In this document: positions 16,937-27,194 of the stretch, piece by piece | How positions within the stretch are numbered: the stretch's first letter is position 1 | Layout of the letters: each line of letters begins with the position of its first letter | From: Clostridia bacterium | GTDB taxonomy: Bacteria; Bacillota; Clostridia; UMGS1840 | DNA length: 64,000 bases | Reading direction: 5' to 3' | Assembly (NCBI GenBank): GCA_045656345.1 | Contig: JAZOQZ010000062.1 | Span: 50-64,049 of the forward strand | Notes under the pieces: generated by a model | What the model was told of the DNA's origin: nothing | Database searches by the model: none | The model's input: the letters and a program-made list of their open reading frames with translations, nothing else | Made by a program: the position numbers and the translations under genes

Positions 16937-18211
16937 CTAAATTTCTTTCTGGGATAATTTTTGCACAGCTTGTAATTTTTCCATATCCAAAGTAGGATAG
17001 GTGCCGTCTTTGTATAACACTTTTCCGTCTATCATAGTGAGGCAAACGTCGGTTCCTGAAGCGGAATATACTAAGTTATTGGTCAGATTATGAACGGGCA
17101 TCCAGTAGGGAGCATCCATATCTACCACGATTAAATCGGCACGATTGCCCACTTTTAAAGTACCCGAATCCATTCTTCCCTGGGCGATAGCACCTGCTTT
17201 GGTTGCGGCATAGATTGCCTCTTTGGGGGTGATAATGGCGGGGTCGTTTGCACGCACTTTCTGAAGCAGTGCAAACAGTTTGATTTCTTCAATCATATTA
17301 AGAGAGTTATTACTTGCCACACTGTCGGTACCGATACCCACATTGATGCCGTAATCAAATAAGGTCTTCACATCACAAATGCCGCTTGCCAGTTTTAAAT
17401 TGGAAGCAGGGCAACTTGCCACAGACACGCCCTTTTCTTTCATAATGGCGAAATCGTCGCCTGAAAGATGAACACAGTGCGCCGCTAAAACAGGGGAATC
17501 CAACACACCGAGATGATTGAAATATTCAATGGGAGTCATACCGTTATGACGTGCCATACAGCCTTTGTGTTCTCCCTCGGTTTCGGAAATGTGAATATGA
17601 ATGGGGAGACTGTGCATTTTTGCGTGTTCGGAAATTTCACGGATAGTGCGTTCGGTATTTGTGTACTCTGCGTGGATGGAAAAATCAATTTTAATCTGTT
17701 CGTTATTTTTGTTATGATAATCTCTTACCAGGATTTTGTTTTCTTCGTAAGCGGGCAAATCGTGATAACTTGCATCGGAAAAGCAGGTGATACCACGGCT
17801 TAAATTGCATTTTACTCCCACTTCCAAAAAGGCTTTCAACATATCTTCGCAGAAGTAGTACATATCGCTGGTGGACACAATTCCAAAACGAAGCATTTCT
17901 GCAATCCCAAGCATAGTACCCACATAAATATCTTCTGAGGTCAGTTTATCTTCATAAGGGAAGATTTTTTTATTCAGCCAGTCATCTAAGGAGAGGTTTT
18001 CGCCGTACCCTCTCATAAAGGTCATGGGAGTGTGAGAGTGCAGATTGAAAAAACCTGTCATCAGAAGCTTGTTTTTGCCGTCGTAACGTTCTTCGTTTGT
18101 TTCGGGACAAGTATCTCCGATGTAGGTGATTTTATCACCTTCGGTTAACACATACTGATGCTCTTTTACCTCTAAATTTTCGTCTAAAATAGTGATATCA
18201 TAAAATAACAT
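16937..18211 (-). CDS. mtaD: Amidohydrolase, 5-methylthioadenosine/S-adenosylhomocysteine deaminase-like (MtaD family)
   Basis: GFFNLHSHTPMTFMRG (HxH metal site), HIHISET, AAHCVHL and GTDS motifs of the ATZ/TRZ-MtaD group. Confidence 0.8.
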   Translation of the reverse strand: MLFYDITILDENLEVKEHQYVLTEGDKITYIGDTCPETNEERYDGKNKLLMTGFFNLHSHTPMTFMRGYGENLSLDDWLNKKIFPYEDKLTSEDIYVGTMLGIAEMLRFGIVSTSDMYYFCEDMLKAFLEVGVKCNLSRGITCFSDASYHDLPAYEENKILVRDYHNKNNEQIKIDFSIHAEYTNTERTIREISEHAKMHSLPIHIHISETEGEHKGCMARHNGMTPIEYFNHLGVLDSPVLAAHCVHLSGDDFAIMKEKGVSVASCPASNLKLASGICDVKTLFDYGINVGIGTDSVASNNSLNMIEEIKLFALLQKVRANDPAIITPKEAIYAATKAGAIAQGRMDSGTLKVGNRADLIVVDMDAPYWMPVHNLTNNLVYSASGTDVCLTMIDGKVLYKDGTYPTLDMEKLQAVQKLSQKEI

Positions 18212-18226
18212 AGCAAAACATTCCTT

Positions 18227-18856
18227 TTACAGTTGATAGAAATTGCGGTTGATTTCTGTTGCGCTAACGGTGGCGTTTGTTGTTTCGGTTAAATCTGCCA
18301 GCAACCTTTGATAAGCATTTTCTTCAATATAATAGCGCATAGTAATCTGATCGGCATACGCCACATCAATTTTACGGCAATCGTGTTTTCGTAAGGTGTG
18401 CTCCACGGTGCCGAATAAGTGATAGGGACAGTCAATCTCGAATTCCACGCATTCTGCCATGGTGATCACTTCGGAGGCTTCCACGCCTTCGTGGGCAGAC
18501 TTGGAATAAGCACGAATCAGTCCTCCTGCTCCCAGCAAGGTTCCGCCGAAATATCGCACCACAATGGATAAGGTATCGGTGATTTCGCCTTTGGATAACA
18601 CCTCCAACACAGGCACGCCTGCGGTGCCCTGCGGTTCTCCGTCATCGGAAAAGCGCTGAATCTGATTGTTGCGGATGCGGTATGCAAACACCACGTGGGT
18701 GGCATCGTAATATTTTTTGCGAGCCGTCTCTAAATGGGAGAGTGCTTCTTCTTCGCATGTCACGGGATAGGTCAACGAAATGAAACGGGATTTTTTCTCG
18801 ATGATTTCACATTCGCTGGCCTTTAAAACGGTTTTATAACTGCTCATATTGGGCAA
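18227..18856 (-). CDS. YigZ/IMPACT-family protein (UPF0029)
   Basis: IEKKSRFISL..., DATHVVFAYRI, FSDDGEPQGTAGVPVLEVL. The start is uncertain (TTG 18856 or ATG 18847); it overlaps the hflX 3' end. Confidence 0.8.
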   Translation of the reverse strand: MPNMSSYKTVLKASECEIIEKKSRFISLTYPVTCEEEALSHLETARKKYYDATHVVFAYRIRNNQIQRFSDDGEPQGTAGVPVLEVLSKGEITDTLSIVVRYFGGTLLGAGGLIRAYSKSAHEGVEASEVITMAECVEFEIDCPYHLFGTVEHTLRKHDCRKIDVAYADQITMRYYIEENAYQRLLADLTETTNATVSATEINRNFYQL

Positions 18857-20075
18857 TCAGCTCCTCTTTTCCGTAAACGGTAAGTTCCTGATATTCGTTT
18901 TCGTATCTGGTGTCCAATACTTTTAACTGGTCGTGGATTCTTGCCACCAGATAGGATTTATCATAGGGAATTTGAATCACCCTTTCCACTTCGGTGGTAC
19001 GGGTTAATTCGGTAATCTTTTGCAGGAGCTCCTGAATATGGAATCCTGTTTTTGCAGACACCATAATGCTGTCTTTTTCAGATATAAATTCTTCGGTTAA
19101 ACCGTCTGTTTTGTTATATACCGAAAGGATAGGTTTGGCTTCTGCCCCTAAATCTTTTAAGAGGTTTTCCACGGTCTTTTTGTGGTTGGGCAGGTTGGGG
19201 TCGGTGGCATCCATAACGTGGAGCAGTAAATCTGCTTCGCAACAAACTTCCAGCGTGGATTTGAAGGCTTCTACCAGGTGATGGGGAAGTTTTCGGATAA
19301 AACCAACGGTGTCTGTCAGCACTGCCTGGCGGTCATCTGCCAAGGTGAGCTTTTTGGATAAGGGATCGAGCGTTGCAAACACCATATCCTCCACATACTG
19401 CTCGCTTCCTGTTAAAGCGTTTAACAGAGAGGATTTTCCTGCATTGGTGTAACCCACCAACGCAACATTTACCACTTCGTTTTTAGCACGTTGTTTTCGT
19501 TGGGTTTCACGGTTTTTCTCAATTTCTTTTAATTCACGGCGCAGGTTTGCAATTCTCTCACGGATGTGACGTTTGTCGGTTTCCAGCTGAGTTTCTCCGG
19601 GACCACGGGTACCGATACCGCCCCCTAAACGGGAGAGGGAAGTGCCAATCCCGGAAAGTCTGGGCAGATGATATAAAAGTTGTGCCAATTCTACCTGACA
19701 TTTCCCTTCACGGGTGGTGGCTCTGAGAGCAAAAATATCTAAAATCAAACGGGAACGGTCAATGACACGAACCTTTAATTCTTCTTCAATATTTCGGGTA
19801 TGAGAGCCGGAAAGTTCGCAGTCAAACACCACTAAATTGGCGTCCAGCTCTTCCACGGCATTTCTTAATTCTTCAATTTTTCCTTTTCCTAACACGGTGC
19901 GACTGTCGGGCGCTTCACGGTTCTGAGTGATTTCTCCCACCACTTCGGCACCGGATGCTTCGCAAAGTGCTTTTAATTCTTCTAAGGATTGGGGGTCGGA
20001 ATCATCCAGTTTTCCCGTTCCTAAAAACACACCGCACACAATACATTTTTCAATTTTATCAGTCAATGGATTCAT
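18834..20075 (-). CDS. hflX: GTPase HflX
   Basis: HflX N-terminal domain (ELKALCEASGAEVVG, LVVFDCELSGSHTRNIEE); G-domain with VALVGYTNAGKSSLLNAL, DTVGFI, NKTD. Confidence 0.92.
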   Translation of the reverse strand: MNPLTDKIEKCIVCGVFLGTGKLDDSDPQSLEELKALCEASGAEVVGEITQNREAPDSRTVLGKGKIEELRNAVEELDANLVVFDCELSGSHTRNIEEELKVRVIDRSRLILDIFALRATTREGKCQVELAQLLYHLPRLSGIGTSLSRLGGGIGTRGPGETQLETDKRHIRERIANLRRELKEIEKNRETQRKQRAKNEVVNVALVGYTNAGKSSLLNALTGSEQYVEDMVFATLDPLSKKLTLADDRQAVLTDTVGFIRKLPHHLVEAFKSTLEVCCEADLLLHVMDATDPNLPNHKKTVENLLKDLGAEAKPILSVYNKTDGLTEEFISEKDSIMVSAKTGFHIQELLQKITELTRTTEVERVIQIPYDKSYLVARIHDQLKVLDTRYENEYQELTVYGKEELIAQYEQL

Positions 20076-20894
20076 TTAAATCGTTCCTTTATCAAGCATT
20101 TCTACCACGGATTTAATCACATGTTCCTCGCAGGTGACATCCAACACCACATCTGCCAGTTCTTTTAATCCTTGGTTTGCATTGGCAACGGCAATGCCGC
20201 ATCCTGCAACTTTAAGCATTTCTTTATCGTTCATATTATCTCCCACCGCATAACATTTGTTCGGAGATATGTTTAGGATGTTTAGCAGCTCGGTTAAAGC
20301 CGAACCTTTGTGAACTCCCTTGGGCAACAACTCAAAATAATGTTCTTCACTTCGCACAAAACTGTACTGAGGGTAGAGGGGAGGAATCATCTGCTCCAGC
20401 ATATCCACCTCGTGGGTTTCTGCCGCCATTAGGATTTTGCACCATTCAGGAGTGTCCTCCTCTAAGGAGTGCCACTGGATTTTGTTGTCGGGAAAAATTT
20501 TTTCATCATTGATATGTTTTCTCACATAAGGATTATCAATGAAAAACAGAATTTCTTCGGGGATAAATGCTTCAATTCCAAGCCAAGGGAATTTTTTATG
20601 AATTTCTTTTATCACATCTTTATAATTTCCCGAAAGGCGTTTGGCATACAACAGCTCATTGGTCAGAGGATTTTTAATAATTCCGCCGTTATGGGAAATC
20701 ACGGGGATTTCAGGCTCGATTTCATCGAAATAGCTTTCTAAAGACTGATACACTCTTCCCGATGCCACGGTGAATTTGCCGCCGTGTTCTCTGAAATAAC
20801 GGATAGCGTCTAAGTTTTCTTTGGAAATGGTTTTTTCTTCAGTTAACAGGGTTCCGTCCATATCGGAAACAATGAGGAGTCCGTCAAATTTCAT
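20076..20894 (-). CDS. Cof-type HAD-IIB family hydrolase (sugar phosphatase-like)
   Basis: LIVSDMDGTLL motif I, ASGR, GDNMNDKEML motif IV. Confidence 0.85.
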   Translation of the reverse strand: MKFDGLLIVSDMDGTLLTEEKTISKENLDAIRYFREHGGKFTVASGRVYQSLESYFDEIEPEIPVISHNGGIIKNPLTNELLYAKRLSGNYKDVIKEIHKKFPWLGIEAFIPEEILFFIDNPYVRKHINDEKIFPDNKIQWHSLEEDTPEWCKILMAAETHEVDMLEQMIPPLYPQYSFVRSEEHYFELLPKGVHKGSALTELLNILNISPNKCYAVGDNMNDKEMLKVAGCGIAVANANQGLKELADVVLDVTCEEHVIKSVVEMLDKGTI

Positions 20895-21176
20895 AGATGT
20901 TTTCCTTTCGGTTGCTAAAAATGTGCATACATAATTTATTATACACTATTTTTTCGCTAAATTCAAGTTTTTTCTGAAATTCCAAAGGAAACACCCGCTT
21001 TTTCTGTCAAAACAGGGGAGAGAATGTGGATTTTTCTTTTTTATTCTGGTTTTTTGCAGGAAAATGAAGAATTTTATGAGTTGAATCTTGGGTGGAAACT
21101 GTGATATAATCAAACGGAGCCTTTTCCCATAAAAAAACACAGTGAACCGCTTACAATAAGCAGGAAGGAACTTGTT

Positions 21177-21428
21177 ATGACGACGAAAACCAAGGTGATT
21201 AAAAAGATAGTTTGCGATGGAAAGAACGATTATCAGCTGACATACAGCCTTCTTTCAGAGGATGATTGTGATTACGGCATTGAAGTAGTTTGCCGCTGCC
21301 GTAATGTTTTGGAAACAGAATGTATCCGTGTCGGAAACAATCGGCAGAAAGCACTTTCTTTGCTTTGGTTGTTTGCAAAAGAAACGGTGTTTCCTGTGGC
21401 GCTTAAGGAAACCTATGACAATTTATAA
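21177..21428 (+). CDS. Small hypothetical protein (resembles DUF6514-type clostridial proteins)
   Basis: 83 aa with own promoter (TTGAAT...TGTGATATAAT about 21092-21120) and terminator. The YGIEV...V.P..L.E..D.L pattern is recalled from a clostridial small-protein family; this was not verified. Confidence 0.4.
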   Translation: MTTKTKVIKKIVCDGKNDYQLTYSLLSEDDCDYGIEVVCRCRNVLETECIRVGNNRQKALSLLWLFAKETVFPVALKETYDNL

Positions 21429-21440
21429 AAGAAAGGCACA

Positions 21441-21474
21441 AAAAAACACCCCTCAACTCTGAGGGGTGTTTTTA
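21441..21474. terminator. Bidirectional Rho-independent terminator (ftsZ / small ORF)
   Basis: AAAAAAACACCCCTCA-ACTC-TGAGGGGTGTTTTT. Confidence 0.85.
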
Positions 21475-21486
21475 TTGTTTTGAAAC

Positions 21487-22608
21487 TTAGTTTAAGCCGG
21501 TAATCCAATCGGGAACATCCAGAACTTCTTCTTTCTTTTTGGGAGCTTCAGTCTGCATAAAGGAAGGAGTGTCCAAAGTATCAGAAACAACCGGTTTCGG
21601 TTCTTCTTTCTTGGGAGCGCTGAAGTGGGGGATGTTAAAACCGTCACGGAATACTTCGTTAGAAGCAAAACCGGTAGCGATTACAGTAACCTTGATTTCG
21701 TCTTTCATGCTTTCGTCGATTACTGCACCGAAGATTAAGTTTGCATCCGGATCCACGTGTTCCTGAACCAGAGAAGCTGCCTGGCTTGCTTCGATTAAGG
21801 ACATATTCGGTCCACCGGTGATATTAACCAGAACACCTTTTGCACCGTCGATAGAGGTTTCAAGTAACGGGCTGGAGATTGCAGCTCTTGCTGCTTCTTC
21901 TGCTTTGTTTTCGCCGCTTGCCAAACCGGAACCCATGTGAGCATAGCCGGTGTTTTTCATAATGGTTTTTACGTCTGCAAAGTCACAGTTGATTAAGCCG
22001 GGAACCACAATAACATCGGAGATACCCTGCACGCCCTGACGGAGCACGTCATCTGCAATGCGGAAAGAATCTTTTAAGGTGGTGTTTTTGTCTACCAAGC
22101 TTAACAGTTTATCATTGGGGATTACGATTAACGCATCCACAAATTCTTTTAAGTTTTCAACGCCTTTTTTTGCAGCGTTGCTTCTTTTCATACCTTCAAA
22201 GGTGAAGGGTTTGGTTACCACGCCAACGGTTAAAATGCCAAGTTCTTTTGCAACGGAAGCAACCACGGGAGCTGCACCGGTACCGGTTCCGCCGCCCATA
22301 CCTGCCGCGATGAATACCATGTCGGCACCTTTGATTACCTGAGCGATTTCTTCTCTGTTTTCTTCCGCAGCTTTTTCACCGATTTCGGGATTTGCACCGG
22401 CACCTAAGCCTTTGGTGATTTTTTCGCCGATTCTTACTTTGGTCTGAGCTTTGGAATTATGTAATGCCTGGTTATCGGTGTTAATTGCCACAAATTCAAC
22501 CTTGTCCATATTGTGGTCAACCATGGTGTTTACAGCGTTGTTACCTGCGCCACCAACCCCGATTACCTTGATTTTTGCAAAGGAATCCAATTCGTTATGA
22601 TATGCCAT
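21487..22608 (-). CDS. ftsZ: Cell division protein FtsZ
   Basis: [24 protein letters not shown] tubulin signature, NTD, and C-terminal peptide LDVPDWI. Confidence 0.97.
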   Translation of the reverse strand: MAYHNELDSFAKIKVIGVGGAGNNAVNTMVDHNMDKVEFVAINTDNQALHNSKAQTKVRIGEKITKGLGAGANPEIGEKAAEENREEIAQVIKGADMVFIAAGMGGGTGTGAAPVVASVAKELGILTVGVVTKPFTFEGMKRSNAAKKGVENLKEFVDALIVIPNDKLLSLVDKNTTLKDSFRIADDVLRQGVQGISDVIVVPGLINCDFADVKTIMKNTGYAHMGSGLASGENKAEEAARAAISSPLLETSIDGAKGVLVNITGGPNMSLIEASQAASLVQEHVDPDANLIFGAVIDESMKDEIKVTVIATGFASNEVFRDGFNIPHFSAPKKEEPKPVVSDTLDTPSFMQTEAPKKKEEVLDVPDWITGLN

Positions 22609-22753
22609 ATTTAAAAACCTCCCTGAAAGTTCTGTCTGAGATTACATTTTTCGTGGAAATACGCGCAATTATACATACTATTCTCATATTATAGCATTGT
22701 TTTTTTGAAATTGCAAGACCATTCTCGAAAAAAATGTAAAAAAACTGTAATTT

Positions 22754-23140
22754 TTATGAAGGATTGGTTTGTTCGAGTTCTTCAATGGTGAGCTGTTTTC
22801 CCGCATTGGAGTATTTCTCCACGTAGAAACGGCGGATAATTCCAAAATTCTGAAACATTCTGGTCCCGAACACCACCACGATGGCAACATACAGGTCCAG
22901 ACCCAGTTTTTCACCCAGGTAGATAATGAAAGCCGCCAATGCTGCATTTCCAAATAAACCGGAAATAAAAATGATCATGGAAAACCGTTTGTTTAAGTTG
23001 GCAGAAATTCCGCCCAGAACCGAATCCAATGCTGCTAAAATGGCAATGGCTACATAAACGGAATATGACGGGTTAATGCTCCAGGGAACATAAATGCCGA
23101 TGACACATCCGAGAATCAGCGCAATAAAAGGAAGTAACAT
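22754..23140 (-). CDS. sbp: Small basic protein Sbp (DUF1290)
   Basis: 128-aa 4-TM protein in the conserved ftsQ-DUF881-sbp-ftsZ position. ILAALDSVLGGI and FGNAALAA motifs. Confidence 0.75.
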   Translation of the reverse strand: MLLPFIALILGCVIGIYVPWSINPSYSVYVAIAILAALDSVLGGISANLNKRFSMIIFISGLFGNAALAAFIIYLGEKLGLDLYVAIVVVFGTRMFQNFGIIRRFYVEKYSNAGKQLTIEELEQTNPS

Positions 23141-23158
23141 ATCAAATTCCGCCTTTCT

Positions 23159-23887
23159 TTATTTTTTGGGTGCAGTGGGAGTTGCGTATTTGAAGTTGAT
23201 AGCACCTTTGTATGCAGGAACCACAATTTTTTCGGAGGTTTTTACATCCACCTCACAGTATGCTGCAATATCTGCAATCACGCCGCCTTTAAAGAGCATT
23301 GCGGATTCTAAGGTTTTCGGATCGCCGATGGCATTGATGATAAAGGGAGCACCTGTGCGCACATTGTTGATGCTTAACACAGATCCCACACATCTTACTT
23401 CAGAAATTGAAGTCAGGCGTTCTCCATTAATGGAAATCGCTTCTGCGCCGGCATCTTTTAATTCGTTGATGACCAGAAGAATGTCTGAGTCGTGAAGCCA
23501 ATATAAACTTTCGGGTTCACCGGGAAGGGGAGTTTTGGTACCGTCGTTCATTTTTACCACCACACCGGGACCTTCAACTTCTTTCATCCCTGCTAAGATT
23601 TCAGCGTTGTCCAACTGTTCTTTTAACAGACTGGTAGTGGCATTGGTGTCTGCAATTGCTTCTTTGTATTGATCCAGGTCGTTTTTAATACGTTCGTAGT
23701 CCAGATAAAGAGCTTCATTTTTCTCTTTTTCCTTCTGATACATATTCTGGATTTCAGCGGCACGCAGTCCGCTGATGGTGCCTGCACCGTTATTTTTTTG
23801 CACGCTTCTTAACTGAATGGTAATGGCAAAGCCTAACACCACGCATACAAGCCCCATTGCAATTTGTGCTTTCCATTTACTGTTCAT
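23159..23887 (-). CDS. DUF881 division-associated protein (YlxW-like)
   Basis: N-terminal TM helix (LGFAITIQLRS), a coiled-coil, then the DUF881 C-terminal domain. Conserved dcw position. Confidence 0.75.
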   Translation of the reverse strand: MNSKWKAQIAMGLVCVVLGFAITIQLRSVQKNNGAGTISGLRAAEIQNMYQKEKEKNEALYLDYERIKNDLDQYKEAIADTNATTSLLKEQLDNAEILAGMKEVEGPGVVVKMNDGTKTPLPGEPESLYWLHDSDILLVINELKDAGAEAISINGERLTSISEVRCVGSVLSINNVRTGAPFIINAIGDPKTLESAMLFKGGVIADIAAYCEVDVKTSEKIVVPAYKGAINFKYATPTAPKK

Positions 23888-24665
23888 ATTCTTTAAACAC
23901 CGCCTTATATTCGTCTATAAATTCTAACGTTCCTGTTTTACCTGCCGGAATTTCTGCCAGCACTTCTTTTAAAAATTTGATTTTGTAGGCATAATTGGAA
24001 CCGTTGCCGATATCTGCTGTGATGTTGTTGTGAAAATGCAGGAAGATATCGCCACGGTCGATGGAGAGCTTGTCCGTCATATCTGCCATCATATTGGCGG
24101 AGAGTTCTGTGGAAATGGTGAGAAGCATCGCCACATCTTCCGGCTGTGCGGTTTCCACCACATCTCCCACGTGAAACTGTTCCACACGGATACCTTCAAT
24201 GGCTGGCACACCATATTTTGCACGTTCACTGGTGGTATCTAAGATTTTGCCGGTTTCATCTACAATAATATAGAGGGATTCTCCGCAGAGAATCTGTGCC
24301 ACGGGCTTACACTCGGTAATTACAATGGAAACCTTATCAGGAAATCCTCTGTCAACAGAGACCTCTTTTACAAAGGAGAGATTTGAGATGTTATCTTTCA
24401 CGGTGTCTGTGCGGAAGGTGAAAATGTTTGTTCCCACCTTTAATCCTGATGCATCCAACACTTTTTCTGGGGTGAGAAGAGAGGTGCCTGTTACGGTGAT
24501 TTCGTGGATATAAAAAGCAGGCGTTAAAAATCCCACGGCAACCGTTAGGCCGATTAATATCAGCGTAACAAGCAACGTGGTTTTAAACACCTTGTTTTTT
24601 TTATGCTTTTTTCTTACGGAACGCGGTTGGGCAGATTGAGTGCCCAACCCCATTGCATCTTTCAT
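23877..24665 (-). CDS. ftsQ: Cell division protein FtsQ/DivIB (POTRA domain)
   Basis: Basic N-terminus, single TM, POTRA segment (IHEITVTGTSLLTPEKVLDASGLKVGTNIF). Position between the mur genes and ftsZ. Confidence 0.8.
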   Translation of the reverse strand: MKDAMGLGTQSAQPRSVRKKHKKNKVFKTTLLVTLILIGLTVAVGFLTPAFYIHEITVTGTSLLTPEKVLDASGLKVGTNIFTFRTDTVKDNISNLSFVKEVSVDRGFPDKVSIVITECKPVAQILCGESLYIIVDETGKILDTTSERAKYGVPAIEGIRVEQFHVGDVVETAQPEDVAMLLTISTELSANMMADMTDKLSIDRGDIFLHFHNNITADIGNGSNYAYKIKFLKEVLAEIPAGKTGTLEFIDEYKAVFKEYEQ

Positions 24666-24688
24666 ACGAATCTCCGTTTTATATTAGT

Positions 24689-26008
24689 TTATTCTGTTTT
24701 TCTGATTGATAGTTTCGCATTCTCTTGGACGATGCCGTATCCCGGAAGTTCCGCTTTGGGTAAGATTTCTGCTTTAACACCCAAAGAACGGAGTTTTACA
24801 ATCATATTTTCATAGCCTCTTTCAATATGATGCACATCGTCGATCATCGTTTTTCCTTCTGCGCAAAGTGCTGCAACCACCAGGGCGGCACCTGCTCTTA
24901 AATCTTTTGCCCGAACATTGGCACCCTGCAATTTTTTTACACCGTAAATTTTTGCGGTGTTTCCCGAAACCAAAATGTGACCTCCCATTTTTCGGAGTTC
25001 TTCCACATGGTTATAGCGGTTTTCAAATATGTTTTCCACAATCATACTGGTTCCGTTTGCCCGAAGAAGAGTTGCCATCAGAATGGCCTGGGCATCGGTG
25101 GGGAATCCCGGATGCGGCATTGTTGCAATCATGTTCACCGGTTTTAACCGATTGGGAGCAATCACGGTGAGTTCGGTTTTGGAATGGGGAATCACGTAGA
25201 CCCCCATTTCTTCCAATATACCAACATTTTTGCCTAAATCCTCCACAGGGGCATTGGTCAGCCCGATGGTGCTTCCTGTAACGGCAGCTGCCGACAGATA
25301 GGTGGCAGCTTCGATACGGTCGGAACGAATTCGGTATTCGCAATCGGAAAACCCGTTTGCGGGCATAATTTGGATGGTATCAGTTCCGGCACCCGAAATA
25401 CAGGCACCTGCTGTGTTCAAAAAATTCTGTAAATCAATAATTTCAGGTTCTTTGGCGGGGTTCTTTATGGTAACAGGTTTATCTGCCTTTAAAGCAGCAA
25501 TCATCACGTTTTCTGTGGCACCCACACTGGGAAATGAGAGTTGGTATTCTCCACCGTGAATCAAAGGAGCTGTGCAGGAAATACCATCGGAACCTTCCTT
25601 GATTTGCACACCCATTTGGGATAATACAGATAAATGGATATCAATGGGACGTTTTCCCAGCTCGCAACCTCCCGGATAGGAAATGTTGGCATAGCCGAAC
25701 CGATTGATAAATGCACCTAAAAAGATGATGGAGGAACGGAGTTTCCTCATTAGTTCTGCCGGCACCTGAGGTTTTGCCTGAAATCCGGAATCCACTGTGA
25801 TGGTGCCATTCTGCATAGTAACAGGATATCCCAGATGTTTCAAAATATCAACGGTGCATCGAACATCCGAGATATCGGGGCAATTATGTAGCACGGCTTT
25901 CTTTCCTGTGATAATGGTTGCCGCTAAAATGGGCAATACTGCATTTTTGGAACCGGAAATGGCGACGGTGCCCGAAAGCTTTCTTCCGCCTTCAATCAGG
26001 TATCTCAT
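24689..26008 (-). CDS. murA: UDP-N-acetylglucosamine 1-carboxyvinyltransferase, second paralog (MurA2/MurZ-like)
   Basis: 439 aa; ISGSKNAVLPILAATII, YPGGCELGKRPID with catalytic Cys, HIERGYENMIVKL. It has a ~25-aa C-terminal tail absent from copy 1. Confidence 0.93.
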   Translation of the reverse strand: MRYLIEGGRKLSGTVAISGSKNAVLPILAATIITGKKAVLHNCPDISDVRCTVDILKHLGYPVTMQNGTITVDSGFQAKPQVPAELMRKLRSSIIFLGAFINRFGYANISYPGGCELGKRPIDIHLSVLSQMGVQIKEGSDGISCTAPLIHGGEYQLSFPSVGATENVMIAALKADKPVTIKNPAKEPEIIDLQNFLNTAGACISGAGTDTIQIMPANGFSDCEYRIRSDRIEAATYLSAAAVTGSTIGLTNAPVEDLGKNVGILEEMGVYVIPHSKTELTVIAPNRLKPVNMIATMPHPGFPTDAQAILMATLLRANGTSMIVENIFENRYNHVEELRKMGGHILVSGNTAKIYGVKKLQGANVRAKDLRAGAALVVAALCAEGKTMIDDVHHIERGYENMIVKLRSLGVKAEILPKAELPGYGIVQENAKLSIRKTE

Positions 26009-26058
26009 AGTTTCACACCTTTCTTACAGTTTCATTATATGAAAGGTGCTATGGATTG

Positions 26059-27156
26059 TTACGTCCGGGATGCGATTTTTCTCACAAGTTCGCCGATTCG
26101 TTTGTCGCCGTCGGTAATGGACAGGGGAACAAGCGCTTCCGACATAGCAGTCAGTTTCTGAGGATTAGTAATCAGCGAATGGATTTGCTGATATAATCCT
26201 TCTCCTGTCAGGTCGGTTTCCGAAATTTTTGTTGCGCCACCCTGAGTAACCAGTGCATGTGCATTTTTTTCCTGGTGATTTGCTGTCACGTTGGGAGAGG
26301 GAATCAGCACAGACGGTTTTTTAATGGCACAAAGTTCAGAAATGGTCATAGCCCCTGCACGGGTAACTGCAACATCGCAGGCCGCTAAAACAGTGGGCAT
26401 ATCGTCGATATATTGGGTAATACGAATCTGATTGGAATCAAAGGTGTAACTTTTCGTTTTGGTTAAGAAATCCTTGTGGTAACGGCTTCCGGTGCCGATG
26501 ATTAAAGTAACACCGTCTTTTACTGCGTTCGGAATCATCTGGGCAAAGGCTTCGTTTAATTTCTGAGCCCCTAAACTTCCGCCGAAACAGAGTACCACGG
26601 GAGCGTGTTCGGGAAGATTCAGTTTTTGCCGTGCTGTTTTCTGGTCTAAGGATAAAAATTCCCGACGAATGGGATTGCCCGTCAGCACGGAACGCTGGGG
26701 ATGTTTTAAATAAGGTTTTGCTTCCAAAAATGCCAAAGCGTAGAACTCTGCCCATTTGGAGAGCAGTTTGGTGGTTAATCCGGGGTAAGCATTCTGCTCG
26801 TGCACCAGAAACGGAATCTTCTGTTTATGTAATGCATACATACTGAGTGCGCTGATGTATCCCCCGGTGGAAACGCCCACATCGGGCTTGAAATCAGCCA
26901 CCACTTTCTGAATGCTTTTGTATGCCTTGTAGTCAGTTGCTAAAATTTTAAAGTTCCTTAGCGGATGTTTGCGGTCAAGCCCCTTAGACGGGAATCTGTG
27001 ATAGACGCATCCGGTTTGGGAATACAATTTTTCTTCCAGTGCTCCGTCGGAGCCAATGTATAACACTTCGGCACCCTGGCTTACAAGATAAGTGCCGATA
27101 GCAATTGCAGGATTGATATGACCGGCAGTCCCGCCGCCGGAAATCAGAACTTTCAC
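26059..27156 (-). CDS. murG: Undecaprenyldiphospho-muramoylpentapeptide beta-N-acetylglucosaminyltransferase MurG
   Basis: GGGTAGHINPAIA motif. GTG start at 27156 lies 8 nt after GGGAGG; the longer ORF from 27183 lacks an RBS. Confidence 0.93.
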   Translation of the reverse strand: MKVLISGGGTAGHINPAIAIGTYLVSQGAEVLYIGSDGALEEKLYSQTGCVYHRFPSKGLDRKHPLRNFKILATDYKAYKSIQKVVADFKPDVGVSTGGYISALSMYALHKQKIPFLVHEQNAYPGLTTKLLSKWAEFYALAFLEAKPYLKHPQRSVLTGNPIRREFLSLDQKTARQKLNLPEHAPVVLCFGGSLGAQKLNEAFAQMIPNAVKDGVTLIIGTGSRYHKDFLTKTKSYTFDSNQIRITQYIDDMPTVLAACDVAVTRAGAMTISELCAIKKPSVLIPSPNVTANHQEKNAHALVTQGGATKISETDLTGEGLYQQIHSLITNPQKLTAMSEALVPLSITDGDKRIGELVRKIASRT

Positions 27157-27194
27157 AAAATACGCCTCCCGATATTGGAACAAAAATCAAGGTA

